Below are positions 21,553-31,279 of a stretch of DNA of 64,000 nucleotides, piece after piece; within the stretch, counting starts at the first letter, position 1, and the number at the start of each line of letters is the position of its first letter. The translations under genes and the position numbers were made by a program. The notes beneath the pieces are model-generated. The model saw only the letters and a list, made by a program, of their open reading frames with translations, did not search any database and was not told the origin of the DNA. This DNA comes from Erysipelotrichaceae bacterium (lineage in GTDB: Bacteria; Bacillota_I; Bacilli_A; RFN20; CAG-826), in the NCBI GenBank assembly GCA_012837435.1, contig DURD01000011.1, positions 4,024-68,023 on the forward strand, read 5' to 3'.

Positions 21553-24030
21553 ATGTATGTAAACATGCGCAGCAAAAAGAATTCTAACACCGTTCGTTAC
21601 AATCCTTCTCCCAAGGAAGGTCTTTATTTTCCAGAAATTATACAGCGAAATAGGGAAAATTTGGTCAATAAAAATTACAAAGTGATAAGTAAATCAAGTA
21701 TCGAAATTGTTTTATCGAACATTTTTAATCTCTATAATTTGTTACTATGCTCCGTGGCTGCGTTCTTACTTTGTTTTGAAGTGTATTATGGTTTTCTCTT
21801 AGTAGGCATAGCTTTTTTAAATACTTCCATTGGATTATTTGAAGATGTTAGATCTCGTCTTTTTTTAAGAAAAATAAAGTCTCCTACACAATCGACTGTT
21901 GGGGCGATTAGAGAAGGACGAGCGGTTCGAATTGACACAAATAAAGTAGTGCTAGACGATGTTTTAATTTTTGAAAGAAATTCTCAGATATGTGTCGATG
22001 GAATAATAATAGGTGGAAGAATCGGCATCAATGAATCGTCTGCTACTGGTAAAACAATTAATGTGTACAAGGGTGTAGGCGAGAAAGTATATTCGGGTAC
22101 CTGTGTGGTTGATGGCCGAGCCTTTGTACGCGCTGAAAAAGTGGGAGCTTCTTCTTTTATTAATGATGTAAAAATAAAAGCCAATCACATCAAACGTCCG
22201 GTACCAGAAACGCTACATTCTTATCGACAGCTTTTCAGAATTGTTGGCGTTATAGTTGTAATCGTCATCGCATTTGTGCTTTTAAACTTTTATATACAAA
22301 ACAAATTAACTATTGATGAACTTAGAACAAACGGCATTAATTCTCTCGCGGGAAGTTTGATAGGTATAATTCCTAGTGGTTTGTTTTTGTTTTCTTCAAT
22401 TGCTCTTATGTTTGTGGCTAGAAAATTAGCAAAAAACAAAACTAAAATTTTAGATTTATATAACATTGAAAACTTATCAAAAGTTAACACAATCTGTGTT
22501 GATAAAACTGGAACCATTACGGATGGTAGTGTGGTTGTTAAAAGAACGATGATAATAAGTCCCGATGTACGTGAGGAGTACATTGCACAAATGATGTCAA
22601 ATTTGTTAATTGCCACCCATGAACACAATTCGGTAGTGACAGCGCTTAGAAAAATTTACGATTTGCAACTTAGTGCAGGAATAAATGAAGTGTTACCCTT
22701 TGATAATAAAAATAATTATTTTGGCGCTTCTTTTAAAGGCAATAAAACTTTGATATTAGGCGACCCAGAATTTATGCCTCTGAAAAATAAAATAGGGGTA
22801 TTAAACTTATGCGAAGAGCATATAAAAGAAGGGAACCGTGTATTAGTTTTAGGCGAAGGGAATGAACCAATTGTCGACGATAAATTTAACGGAAAATTAA
22901 CGGCATTAGCGATTTTTGTAATTAAAGATTGTGTTAGAGAAGAGGTTTTTGAAACGCTCAGATGGTTTGATGATAGGGGCACCACCGTCAAAGTGATTTC
23001 TGGAGACAACGCTCAATTAGTGAGCACCGTTGCTCAAGAAGTCGGTATTAAGCACGCTACTAAATTTATTTCTCTAGAAAACATGCCTTTGGAGCGAGTA
23101 AAAGAAATCGCCACTAGATACACGATTTTTGGAAACGCAACAGCGGAACAAAAAGAAGCGATTATTTTAGCTCTAAAAGAAGCGGGAAGCACAGTCGCAA
23201 TGATAGGAGACGGAATTAATGATGTCTTAGCTTTAAAACATTCAGATTGTTCGATTGCGATGGCTACTGGCAGCAACGAAGCAAAGAATGTCTCTCAAAT
23301 TATTTTAGAAGGTTCGAGTTTTTCAAAACTACCAGAAATTGTAAATGAAGGAAGACGGGTGCTTAATAACTTAGAAAGAATCACATCCCTATTTGCGGTA
23401 AAATCAATATTTGCATTGTTTTTGACAATTGTTTTTTCTATCTATTCCTTAATTATTAGGGACATTTCTTATCAATATCCATTCGCCGTAAGTCGTCTAT
23501 TTTTATGGGAATTTTTCATAAGTAGTTGCGCGATTTTATTTTTGGTTTTGGAAAAAAGCGATGAACAGACCAATAATTTGCAATTAGGTAATGTTTTTAA
23601 AAAGAATATTCCGTTTGCAGTGACAGCAGCAGGAGTAGTTCTAATATTTTTTATTCTTCAACAGTTGCAAGAAATAAATAGCATTAATTTTGGTATCTAC
23701 AACAAAAATACTACGGTCACGATGAGTGCAATAGCAATAGGTGTTTTATCGATAATTCATCTATACAAGATTTGCATTCCGCTGACTAAGTACCGTCGAA
23801 TTGTTGTTTGCTCTTTCGCTGGTGTTAACTTTTTAGTGTTAGGCATTTCGGCTTTAGTTACTTATATTACCAACAAAACAGAACCCTTTTTACAAATGCC
23901 ATATTTAGATATGAGCGGCCCTTCCTATTTTATTACGTTTTTTATCACCGCCTTAGCGGCGTCTATTTATTTGTTTGTTGATAATTTACTGGGCATAAAG
24001 AAAGGAGAGTTTAGACAAGACGAAAACTAG
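21553..24030 (+). CDS. Divergent P-type (HAD-IC) cation-translocating ATPase
   Basis: Phosphorylation site CVDKTGTITDG, ISGDN, hinge GDGINDVLALK, multiple TM helices. The track start at 21526 lies inside the tadA terminator; the ATG at 21553 or 21565 is more likely. Confidence 0.85.
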   Translation: MYVNMRSKKNSNTVRYNPSPKEGLYFPEIIQRNRENLVNKNYKVISKSSIEIVLSNIFNLYNLLLCSVAAFLLCFEVYYGFLLVGIAFLNTSIGLFEDVRSRLFLRKIKSPTQSTVGAIREGRAVRIDTNKVVLDDVLIFERNSQICVDGIIIGGRIGINESSATGKTINVYKGVGEKVYSGTCVVDGRAFVRAEKVGASSFINDVKIKANHIKRPVPETLHSYRQLFRIVGVIVVIVIAFVLLNFYIQNKLTIDELRTNGINSLAGSLIGIIPSGLFLFSSIALMFVARKLAKNKTKILDLYNIENLSKVNTICVDKTGTITDGSVVVKRTMIISPDVREEYIAQMMSNLLIATHEHNSVVTALRKIYDLQLSAGINEVLPFDNKNNYFGASFKGNKTLILGDPEFMPLKNKIGVLNLCEEHIKEGNRVLVLGEGNEPIVDDKFNGKLTALAIFVIKDCVREEVFETLRWFDDRGTTVKVISGDNAQLVSTVAQEVGIKHATKFISLENMPLERVKEIATRYTIFGNATAEQKEAIILALKEAGSTVAMIGDGINDVLALKHSDCSIAMATGSNEAKNVSQIILEGSSFSKLPEIVNEGRRVLNNLERITSLFAVKSIFALFLTIVFSIYSLIIRDISYQYPFAVSRLFLWEFFISSCAILFLVLEKSDEQTNNLQLGNVFKKNIPFAVTAAGVVLIFFILQQLQEINSINFGIYNKNTTVTMSAIAIGVLSIIHLYKICIPLTKYRRIVVCSFAGVNFLVLGISALVTYITNKTEPFLQMPYLDMSGPSYFITFFITALAASIYLFVDNLLGIKKGEFRQDEN

Positions 24031-24216
24031 TCTTCTTGTCTGAGAGGCGGTAGATAATTTTTAATAGAGTAGATAAACAAAAAAAGTTGAGGAAAAAGAA
24101 AATGCCCATTTCAGCTAGAAACTATTGTAAAATTAACTGGTGGGATTCTTTTATGCCAAACATTATTAACAATGATTTTTTGACATAAAGACAAATAAAG
24201 AGGTTTATAAATCGAA

Positions 24217-24777
24217 GTGAAAACAGAATATCGTTTCGCAGAAGCGTTAAAATCTATGATGTCAGAATTGCCACTTGAAGACATATCGGTGGCCGCTTTA
24301 GCACGTCGTTGTAAAGTAAATAGACAAACTTTTTATTATCATTTTCACAATATATATGACCTATTAGCGCTTGTTTATCTAAACGAAACTATTCCTGGAA
24401 TTGATAAGGCAAAAAATTCTGAAGAGATGGTCACCGCAATATATCAATATTACGTCAACAATAAAAGATTTGTCGATAGCACCATCAGTTCCGCTGGGAA
24501 AGACCTATTTAAAGAATTTATCTATAACAACTGTTACCGTTCATTCATGAGATTTATCAACAACATTTTTGAAAGTAAAAAAATTACCACCAACGACAAA
24601 AAGAACATTGTGAGATATCGAGCATTTGCATATTCCAGCAGTATTGTTTATTATTTTTCTACCCGTAGAAATACAAATTTAAATAGCATTCTCGCATGCT
24701 TTTGTTTTGAAAATGATGAAAATATGCGACAGGAAATAAAAGATTTACTCGATTATAGATGGAGGAGAAAAACATGA
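24217..24777 (+). CDS. TetR/AcrR-family regulator (DhaS-like)
   Basis: 186 aa. N-terminal HTH with ISVAALARRCKVNRQTFYYHFHNIYDLL. GTG start. ATGA overlap with the next gene. Confidence 0.8.
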   Translation: MKTEYRFAEALKSMMSELPLEDISVAALARRCKVNRQTFYYHFHNIYDLLALVYLNETIPGIDKAKNSEEMVTAIYQYYVNNKRFVDSTISSAGKDLFKEFIYNNCYRSFMRFINNIFESKKITTNDKKNIVRYRAFAYSSSIVYYFSTRRNTNLNSILACFCFENDENMRQEIKDLLDYRWRRKT

Positions 24778-25946
24778 TTGATTTTGATTTTATTAGTCCG
24801 ACAAAAATCTATTTTGGGCACAACAAAGAACAATTAATCGGCCAAATTTGCCGTAGTTACGGTTATAAAAAAGTGTTTATTGTCATCGGACAAGGTTCTG
24901 CCATAAGAACCGGATTACTAAATGAAGTCGTCGATTCCTTAAACGAAGCAAGCGTTCAACACTTTTTATTAGAAGGAGTACGTGCTAATCCAACGATTGA
25001 TTTGTGTTATAGAGGAATAGAAGAAGCGCGTGTTTTTATGCCTGATCTCATTCTTGCGATTGGAGGTGGGTCGGTTATTGATACCGCTAAACATATCGCT
25101 GCTGGCTATTTTTACGACGGAGATTCTTTTGATTTTCATTTATACAAAGCCACACCAGAAAAGGCTTTGCCCGTCGGTGTCATTTTAACAATCGCGGCAG
25201 CGGGAAGTGAACTGTCTAATTCGTGTGTAATTCAGGATGACGAAAAACAAATAAAGAGGGGATTTGGCAGCGATTTACTTAGACCAGTATTCGTTATTGA
25301 AAATCCAAAACTTACGTATGGAGTTCCAAAAATGCAAACGGCCTATGGCGTCGTCGATATCATGATGCACACCATCGAAAGATATTTCAATCCCTCTTCT
25401 GAAAACGAACCTGCTGATGGTTTTGCGGAAGCACTACTTAAATCGGTAATAAAAGCGGCATATACCATTGTTGACAATCCACTAGATTACGAATCTAGAG
25501 CAGTAATAATGCTCCTATCCTCGCTTTCTCATAACAATTTAACTAGCATTGGTAAAACCAACACATTGTACGTCCATCAACTAGAACACGCAATTTCTGG
25601 CGTTTACCCAGAGGTGGCACACGGCGCGGGATTAGCGGTTCTTTTTCCAGCGTGGGCAAAATATTACGTGAATTGTATCACAGATAAATTTGATCGATTA
25701 GCGAGAAACGTTTTTAATTGTCGCAATAAAAACAAATTAGAAAATGCTAAAGCTGGCATTGCGGAATTAGAAAAATTGTTTGCAGCATTAGGACTACCTA
25801 AAACTTTCAAGGATTTAAATATTGAAGAACCTGATATTGATAGAATGGTTGAATTGGTAACTGAAAACGGTACAAAAGTTATTGATTGCCCTAATAAACC
25901 AATGGACGAAGAAGTAGTTAGAACAATTTTTAACAACTGTCGATAG
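24774..25946 (+). CDS. Iron-containing (group III) alcohol dehydrogenase
   Basis: GGGSVIDTAK nucleotide motif and metal-binding His cluster (HQLEHAISG...VAHGAGL). ATG at 24774 follows GGAGGAG. Confidence 0.88.
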   Translation: MIDFDFISPTKIYFGHNKEQLIGQICRSYGYKKVFIVIGQGSAIRTGLLNEVVDSLNEASVQHFLLEGVRANPTIDLCYRGIEEARVFMPDLILAIGGGSVIDTAKHIAAGYFYDGDSFDFHLYKATPEKALPVGVILTIAAAGSELSNSCVIQDDEKQIKRGFGSDLLRPVFVIENPKLTYGVPKMQTAYGVVDIMMHTIERYFNPSSENEPADGFAEALLKSVIKAAYTIVDNPLDYESRAVIMLLSSLSHNNLTSIGKTNTLYVHQLEHAISGVYPEVAHGAGLAVLFPAWAKYYVNCITDKFDRLARNVFNCRNKNKLENAKAGIAELEKLFAALGLPKTFKDLNIEEPDIDRMVELVTENGTKVIDCPNKPMDEEVVRTIFNNCR

Positions 25947-25957
25947 GAGTAACTAAT

Positions 25958-27106
25958 ATGAAAAAAGAAGATATAAGTGGATTTATAGTTTATTTAGTCA
26001 TTATTATTTTAGCGGTAGTGTTTGGTGTTACAGTTTTACAGCAACACGTCTATGAAAGCACGTTAACAGGATTCTATTATATCCTTTATATTATCGGCTC
26101 AGTTGCTATAGGAACTATTTTTAACGGTATTTTATTCGAAGTGGCTCATGTTGTAGGCGCCAAGATAGGTAAATATGACATCATTAGCGTTAATATTCTC
26201 GGACTTTGCTTCTACAAAGAAGAAGGCAAGATAAAAGTGCGCTTCAAGTCATATGACGGATTAACCGGGGAAACCAAAATTATTCCAAAAGAAGGAATGA
26301 TTGAGAAAGCCAACCCATACCCATATTTATTGTTCGGTTCATTGTTCTACGCTATCGAAGCAGCGATTGTCATGGTTATTTTCTCTATTTTTAGAGTTTC
26401 TGAAAACCTTGCGCTAAGAGATGTAGCTTATGCAGTTCTTATTATTGGCGCGATTGGACTGGTAATTTTATTCTATAATATTTTGCCTTTCCGCATTGAT
26501 TCTATTACTGATGGCTATCGTATAACTATGGTTAGTAACCCCAAAAACAGAGCGGCTTTTAACGAACTATTGAAAGTCGATTATTTGATTAAACAAGGAC
26601 ACACCGACATTGAAGTTAGAATATTTGACGAAATCACGAACTTCACCGCGGATTTAAATTTAAATAAAGTTTATGCTTTATTAGATAAGAGATCTTACAA
26701 AGAAGCGGAAGAAATTTTAGATAAAATTATTGACGCGAAAGAAGAAATCGATGAAAAAGTATATATCCGCGCTAGAGCACAAAAAATTTATATCAGCATC
26801 ATCAACAAAGATTTGTCGGAAGCGCGTGAATACTATGACAAAGAAGTACCAGTTAGCGAGAGAAGAGAAATTTCAAACGATGTTTCCATGGCGTCTATTC
26901 GCGCTTATTTATTAATGTCTGGTTTGTTAGACAAGTCTAGAAGCGAATGTTTAATCGCTTTAAATAAAGTTTACAAAGCTTTTAAAAGAACGCCTAAAAA
27001 CAGACAATCTACCGAAGTAATGCTATTTAATGAAGCGTTACAAAAGGTAATCGACGCTCACCCAGATTGGGAACTAGAGGGCTATAGATTAAAGATAACT
27101 AATTAA
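25958..27106 (+). CDS. Polytopic membrane protein, site-2-protease-like core plus a C-terminal helical (TPR-like) domain
   Basis: 382 aa with about 5 TM helices. FEVAH (26135-26149) sits where M50 enzymes carry HExxH. NILPFRIDSITDG (26477-26515) resembles the NxxPxxxLDG motif. The C-terminal 190 aa are helical and charged. Confidence 0.5.
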   Translation: MKKEDISGFIVYLVIIILAVVFGVTVLQQHVYESTLTGFYYILYIIGSVAIGTIFNGILFEVAHVVGAKIGKYDIISVNILGLCFYKEEGKIKVRFKSYDGLTGETKIIPKEGMIEKANPYPYLLFGSLFYAIEAAIVMVIFSIFRVSENLALRDVAYAVLIIGAIGLVILFYNILPFRIDSITDGYRITMVSNPKNRAAFNELLKVDYLIKQGHTDIEVRIFDEITNFTADLNLNKVYALLDKRSYKEAEEILDKIIDAKEEIDEKVYIRARAQKIYISIINKDLSEAREYYDKEVPVSERREISNDVSMASIRAYLLMSGLLDKSRSECLIALNKVYKAFKRTPKNRQSTEVMLFNEALQKVIDAHPDWELEGYRLKITN

Positions 27107-27126
27107 TTTTTATATGTTTTTCAAAT

Positions 27127-27167
27127 AAAAATTGGCTGCCACGAATAGTCACGACAGCCAATTTTTT
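27127..27167. terminator. Bidirectional terminator between convergent genes
   Basis: ATTGGCTG (27131-27138) pairs with CAGCCAAT (27155-27162), flanked by an A-run upstream and a T-run downstream. Confidence 0.8.
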
Positions 27168-27179
27168 ATTACTAAATTG

Positions 27180-28502
27180 CTATTTTCCAGAAACTTTAAT
27201 CTTTTTAATGAGAACTGATTGAGTGGAAACGCCACTTGGTGACAACACCACATCGTTACCAACTTCTAGAACATCCTCAAAGATTTCTAATAAATTACCA
27301 GAAACAGTAATTAAATCTAGCGGACGACCCCTCTTGCCATCTTCAATTAAGAAACCAGTGGATTGCAAAGAAAAGTTACCACTCTGTGGATTTAAGCCAG
27401 AATGTAAACCAGAAACATCGGTAATATAGACACCGTTACCAACTTTTTCAAACAACTCTTCGAGTGACTTTTTACCAGGTTTTAAATATAAGAAAGTAGA
27501 AGAAACCTCTTTTTTGCCACCGCCATAGCCATTGCCCGTTGTTTCAACTCCAGCTTTCGCGGCAGTTGTTAAGTTGTGTAGATAAGTCTGTAAGACACCA
27601 TTTTTAATAATGGGCTTATTATAAGTAGCAACACCCTCATCATCAAACCAACGAGCGAAAACGTTCTTTTGTTGTGGCCGGTCTTCAATAGTAACTTTTT
27701 TCGAAGCAACTTTTTGACCTACTTTACCAATGAATAGAGAAGATTGTTTTTGAACTTCTTCAGCGCTGGCGTGAGTGACATACGCTCTTAGCAAAGAAGC
27801 GACAACATCTGGATTTAAAACCGCTCTATATTTGTTAGAATCACAGGCTTCTCCACCCAATTGATCAACCGCTTTATTGACAATTTTTTTAGCGAGATCT
27901 TCCGGATTAAAAGAAGCAAAATCATTACCGAAATAAAAATCATAACCAGATTTTACTTGTGTGCCTTCTTTAGCGACGCAGTGTGCTATGGCGTAAAAAT
28001 AATTGCTTTTTTGTTTTAAATTTAAACCATTAGAATTGACGATATTAACTTTTTCAGTTACTTGATGGTACATTGTACTAGCAACTTCCATAACTCTCGG
28101 ATCGCCTTCTTTGACCGCTTTTTCTAAAGCTCTTAACTTAGCCATTTTTTCTTCGATTGTTATTTTTTCTAGTTCGTTGTTAAAAGTGTTAACTTTTTTA
28201 TATTTTTCAGAACCTTTAAAAATGAAAACTGGATCATCGTTTTCGATAACACGAGCGTTATTAACAACTTCGTTAACTAAATAAGTAGCTTTTTTAGAGT
28301 TCCAAACATCGCAGGAAGCCGAACCACATTTTCCGTTCAAAATGCCTCTAGCTATAATGGAATGGCCATTATTATCAGAATAATTATCAACTTCACCATG
28401 GAATAAGGAGATTGATAAAGTGCGAGTTTCAGAAACGTATAATTCGACTTGTTCGAGTCCTTTTTCTTTTGCTAATGCAAAAAACTTATCATATTTTCCC
28501 AT
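27180..28502 (-). CDS. pmbA: PmbA/TldE metalloprotease-complex subunit
   Basis: 440 aa TldD/PmbA-fold protein without HExxxH. Its start overlaps the tldD stop (TAATG). Confidence 0.85.
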   Translation of the reverse strand: MGKYDKFFALAKEKGLEQVELYVSETRTLSISLFHGEVDNYSDNNGHSIIARGILNGKCGSASCDVWNSKKATYLVNEVVNNARVIENDDPVFIFKGSEKYKKVNTFNNELEKITIEEKMAKLRALEKAVKEGDPRVMEVASTMYHQVTEKVNIVNSNGLNLKQKSNYFYAIAHCVAKEGTQVKSGYDFYFGNDFASFNPEDLAKKIVNKAVDQLGGEACDSNKYRAVLNPDVVASLLRAYVTHASAEEVQKQSSLFIGKVGQKVASKKVTIEDRPQQKNVFARWFDDEGVATYNKPIIKNGVLQTYLHNLTTAAKAGVETTGNGYGGGKKEVSSTFLYLKPGKKSLEELFEKVGNGVYITDVSGLHSGLNPQSGNFSLQSTGFLIEDGKRGRPLDLITVSGNLLEIFEDVLEVGNDVVLSPSGVSTQSVLIKKIKVSGK

Positions 28503-29908
28503 TATTTTAATTCTCCTCCGCGACCACCGACAGTGACTTCGCTAATTCTCAGTGTTGGTTGACCAACGTTGGTTCTGATTGAACCAGAAGAAGCACCACA
28601 CATACCTTGAGCTAATTTTAAATCGTTAGCGACCATGTCGATTTTCTTCAAAATTTCAGAACCTTTTCCAATTAATGTTGCGCCTTTAACTGGTTCGCAA
28701 ACCTTACCATCTCTAATGATGTAAGCTTCGCTACAACCGAAGTTGAATTCACCAGTGGTGGGATCGACTGAACCACCACCAAAACTAACAGCATACAAAC
28801 CTAATTTTGTAGCGCCAATGACTTCTTCTGGCGTATGCTTGCCGTTACAGATGTAGGTATTGGACATACGAGAAGTAGGAATGTAGCGATAATTTTGTCT
28901 GCGACAAGCGCCGTTTCCATTTCTACCCATACGACGACCATTTAAGTCATCGATCATATAATCATTTAATTTACCATTTTTAATGAGTAATCTCTTCGTA
29001 CCTAAATTGCCTTCGTCGTCGATGTCAATTGAACCCCAGTGAGACGGAAGAGTGCTATCATCAACAGCGCTGACAACAGAAGAAGCAATCACATCTCCAA
29101 TTTTATTTGCCGAGAAACAAGACAAACCTTTAGCGATGGAACTGGATTCTAATGGGTGGCCACAAGCTTCGTGGAATAAAACACCGCCCCAACCATTACC
29201 AACAACCACTGGCATTTTGCCACTCGGACACTCATCAGCGGTCAACATTAACAAAGCGTTTTCAGCAGCCTTTCTGGCGGTTTTTCTAGGATTAACTTTT
29301 TCTGTTTTAAAATATTCGATACCTTGTTGAGCGCCAGGACCCTCAAATCCCGTTTCAAAGCCATTTTGATCGGCAGCAATAACTTGATATAACAATCTAC
29401 CAAATTCAGTATCGCGCTTGAACCATTTGCCTTTTGAATTAAAAACTGCGACAAAACGGTGAGTATCCCCAAAAACCCCAATGGTTCTTACAATACGGGG
29501 ATCGTTCATAGATTGAATCTCATCGATACCCTCGCGCACTAAAGCGATTTTTTCCTCTACGGGGACATCGTTATAGCTACGAAGAATGGGATTGCGATTT
29601 TTACTTTTTATCTTTTCCAATTTCTCTACGGTAATCAATCTTTCTCCATTAAATGATTTGTTTAATGAATTAGCTAATGCAAACAATCCTTTTTTTGATA
29701 AATCGTTTGTGTAACCATAAACGCATTGATTTTCTTTTAATAAACGTAAACCAACGCCACACATCGAATTTGAGCTAGAAGTTTCAACTTTGCCGTTTTC
29801 TATTACCACTGTATGAGAAGAACTATCTTCATAGAAGATTTCTGCATAATCAGCACCAGTAGAAAGAGCTTCGTTTAGAACATTAATAGCTAGCTTTTTA
29901 CTAATCAT
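28502..29908 (-). CDS. tldD: TldD metalloprotease
   Basis: 468 aa. Zinc motif HEACGHPLE and a Gly-rich C-terminal region. Confidence 0.9.
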   Translation of the reverse strand: MISKKLAINVLNEALSTGADYAEIFYEDSSSHTVVIENGKVETSSSNSMCGVGLRLLKENQCVYGYTNDLSKKGLFALANSLNKSFNGERLITVEKLEKIKSKNRNPILRSYNDVPVEEKIALVREGIDEIQSMNDPRIVRTIGVFGDTHRFVAVFNSKGKWFKRDTEFGRLLYQVIAADQNGFETGFEGPGAQQGIEYFKTEKVNPRKTARKAAENALLMLTADECPSGKMPVVVGNGWGGVLFHEACGHPLESSSIAKGLSCFSANKIGDVIASSVVSAVDDSTLPSHWGSIDIDDEGNLGTKRLLIKNGKLNDYMIDDLNGRRMGRNGNGACRRQNYRYIPTSRMSNTYICNGKHTPEEVIGATKLGLYAVSFGGGSVDPTTGEFNFGCSEAYIIRDGKVCEPVKGATLIGKGSEILKKIDMVANDLKLAQGMCGASSGSIRTNVGQPTLRISEVTVGGRGGELK

Positions 29909-30131
29909 ATTTTACCTCCTATATTAAAAAATACGATAACGGGGGTATTTTACCATAATTCCCATAGAATTATGAATAAAAACCGCCTATACTAGGAAAA
30001 TTTAAACAAAATTTACATTTAAAACTCAAGAATGAAATAAATAAAATAGGTTAAAAATTATTGAAAAAAATTATACAAAATTGAAATATAAAATTAGGTT
30101 TTATTATTTTCTAAAATAAAGTAGAATCAAT

Positions 30132-31214
30132 ATGATGGAAAAGATTAGAATTAACATGTTATCACAAGCGACATCAGTCGACGGACAAGGAGTGGGGTCA
30201 GCTTATGTCGAACAAGTAGCATTAGTAAAAGAAAACGACGATGTTTTCGAAGTCGAAGTTAATAGCAAAAGAGGCAACTTTGACATTTATCATATGCACA
30301 CTTTTAATCCGCAATATGTTATGCGCTTAAACAAAAGGCATATCAACGTTACATATGTTCATTGTTTGCCTGATACATTTGATGGCTCTTTAAAGATGCC
30401 TAAACCGATATTTAGACTATTTAAAAAGTATGTAAAACATGCCTATCTTAAAGCCGATGAAGCCGTAGTGGTAAATCCAATATTTATTGAGCCATTGGTA
30501 AGGTTGGGTTTAAAAAGAGAAAACATTACCTATATTCCTAATTTTGTAGATCACGAAAAATTTCATGAATTATCTTTGGAAGAAAGAAATGTTTTAAGAG
30601 ACAAATACAATATTCCACACGATAAATTTGTCGTTATGGGATGCGGTCAAGTTCAAACTAGAAAAGGTGTTAAAGACTATGTTGAATGTGCTAAACGCAA
30701 CCCTGATATGGTCTTTGTTTGGGCGGGAGGATTTTCTTTTGGAGCGATTACTGATGGGTATAAAGAATTAAAAGCTATCATGGATAAACCTCCAAAAAAC
30801 GTCAAATTCATAGGCATTGTTCCAAGAAAAGAAATGAATGGAATTTTTAACATGAGCGATGTGTTGTTTATGCCTTCTTTCGACGAACTATTCCCTATGT
30901 CAATTTTAGAAGCCGTTAATTCTAGAAAGCCGGTTTTACTAAGAGATTTAGAACTATATAAGGACATTTTGTTTTACGATAAAGACACGTACGCTAAGGC
31001 GTCTGATGTCGAAGGATTTTGCAAACAACTCAGTAAACTTGCTAGCGACAAAGAATATTATGAACACTACCAAAAAGGTAGCGAAATTATCAAAAACTTT
31101 TATAGCAAGGAGCACGTGAAAAATCTCTGGAGAGAATATTATTTAAGAATCTATGACAAGTGGGCTCCTGTAAAAAAACTTAAGTCTTGGAAAAAAAGAA
31201 ATAAAAAAGCCTAA
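30132..31214 (+). CDS. GT4-family glycosyltransferase, possible glycolipid synthase
   Basis: 360 aa. N-terminal RINMLSQATSVDGQGVGSAY is typical of CpoA-like GT4 enzymes. C-terminal E-x7-E region FPMSILEAVNSRKPVL. Confidence 0.75.
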   Translation: MMEKIRINMLSQATSVDGQGVGSAYVEQVALVKENDDVFEVEVNSKRGNFDIYHMHTFNPQYVMRLNKRHINVTYVHCLPDTFDGSLKMPKPIFRLFKKYVKHAYLKADEAVVVNPIFIEPLVRLGLKRENITYIPNFVDHEKFHELSLEERNVLRDKYNIPHDKFVVMGCGQVQTRKGVKDYVECAKRNPDMVFVWAGGFSFGAITDGYKELKAIMDKPPKNVKFIGIVPRKEMNGIFNMSDVLFMPSFDELFPMSILEAVNSRKPVLLRDLELYKDILFYDKDTYAKASDVEGFCKQLSKLASDKEYYEHYQKGSEIIKNFYSKEHVKNLWREYYLRIYDKWAPVKKLKSWKKRNKKA

Positions 31215-31279
31215 TTGATAGGCTTACTAGGATGTGATAAATGAAAAAGAAAGGCCAATTTACCGTTCCGTTTTTTAAG

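Noticed and set aside
24013-24041. 8-bp perfect hairpin (AGACAAGA...TCTTGTCT) spanning the P-type ATPase stop codon
   Set aside because: It is not followed by a T-tract, so it is not a canonical intrinsic terminator. Its function is unknown and may be incidental.
27180-29908. TldD/PmbA pair as part of a peptide-maturation (microcin-like) system
   Set aside because: There is no adjacent precursor peptide, cyclodehydratase or exporter gene. The flanking spacers contain no convincing small ORF, so I treat the pair as a housekeeping protease.
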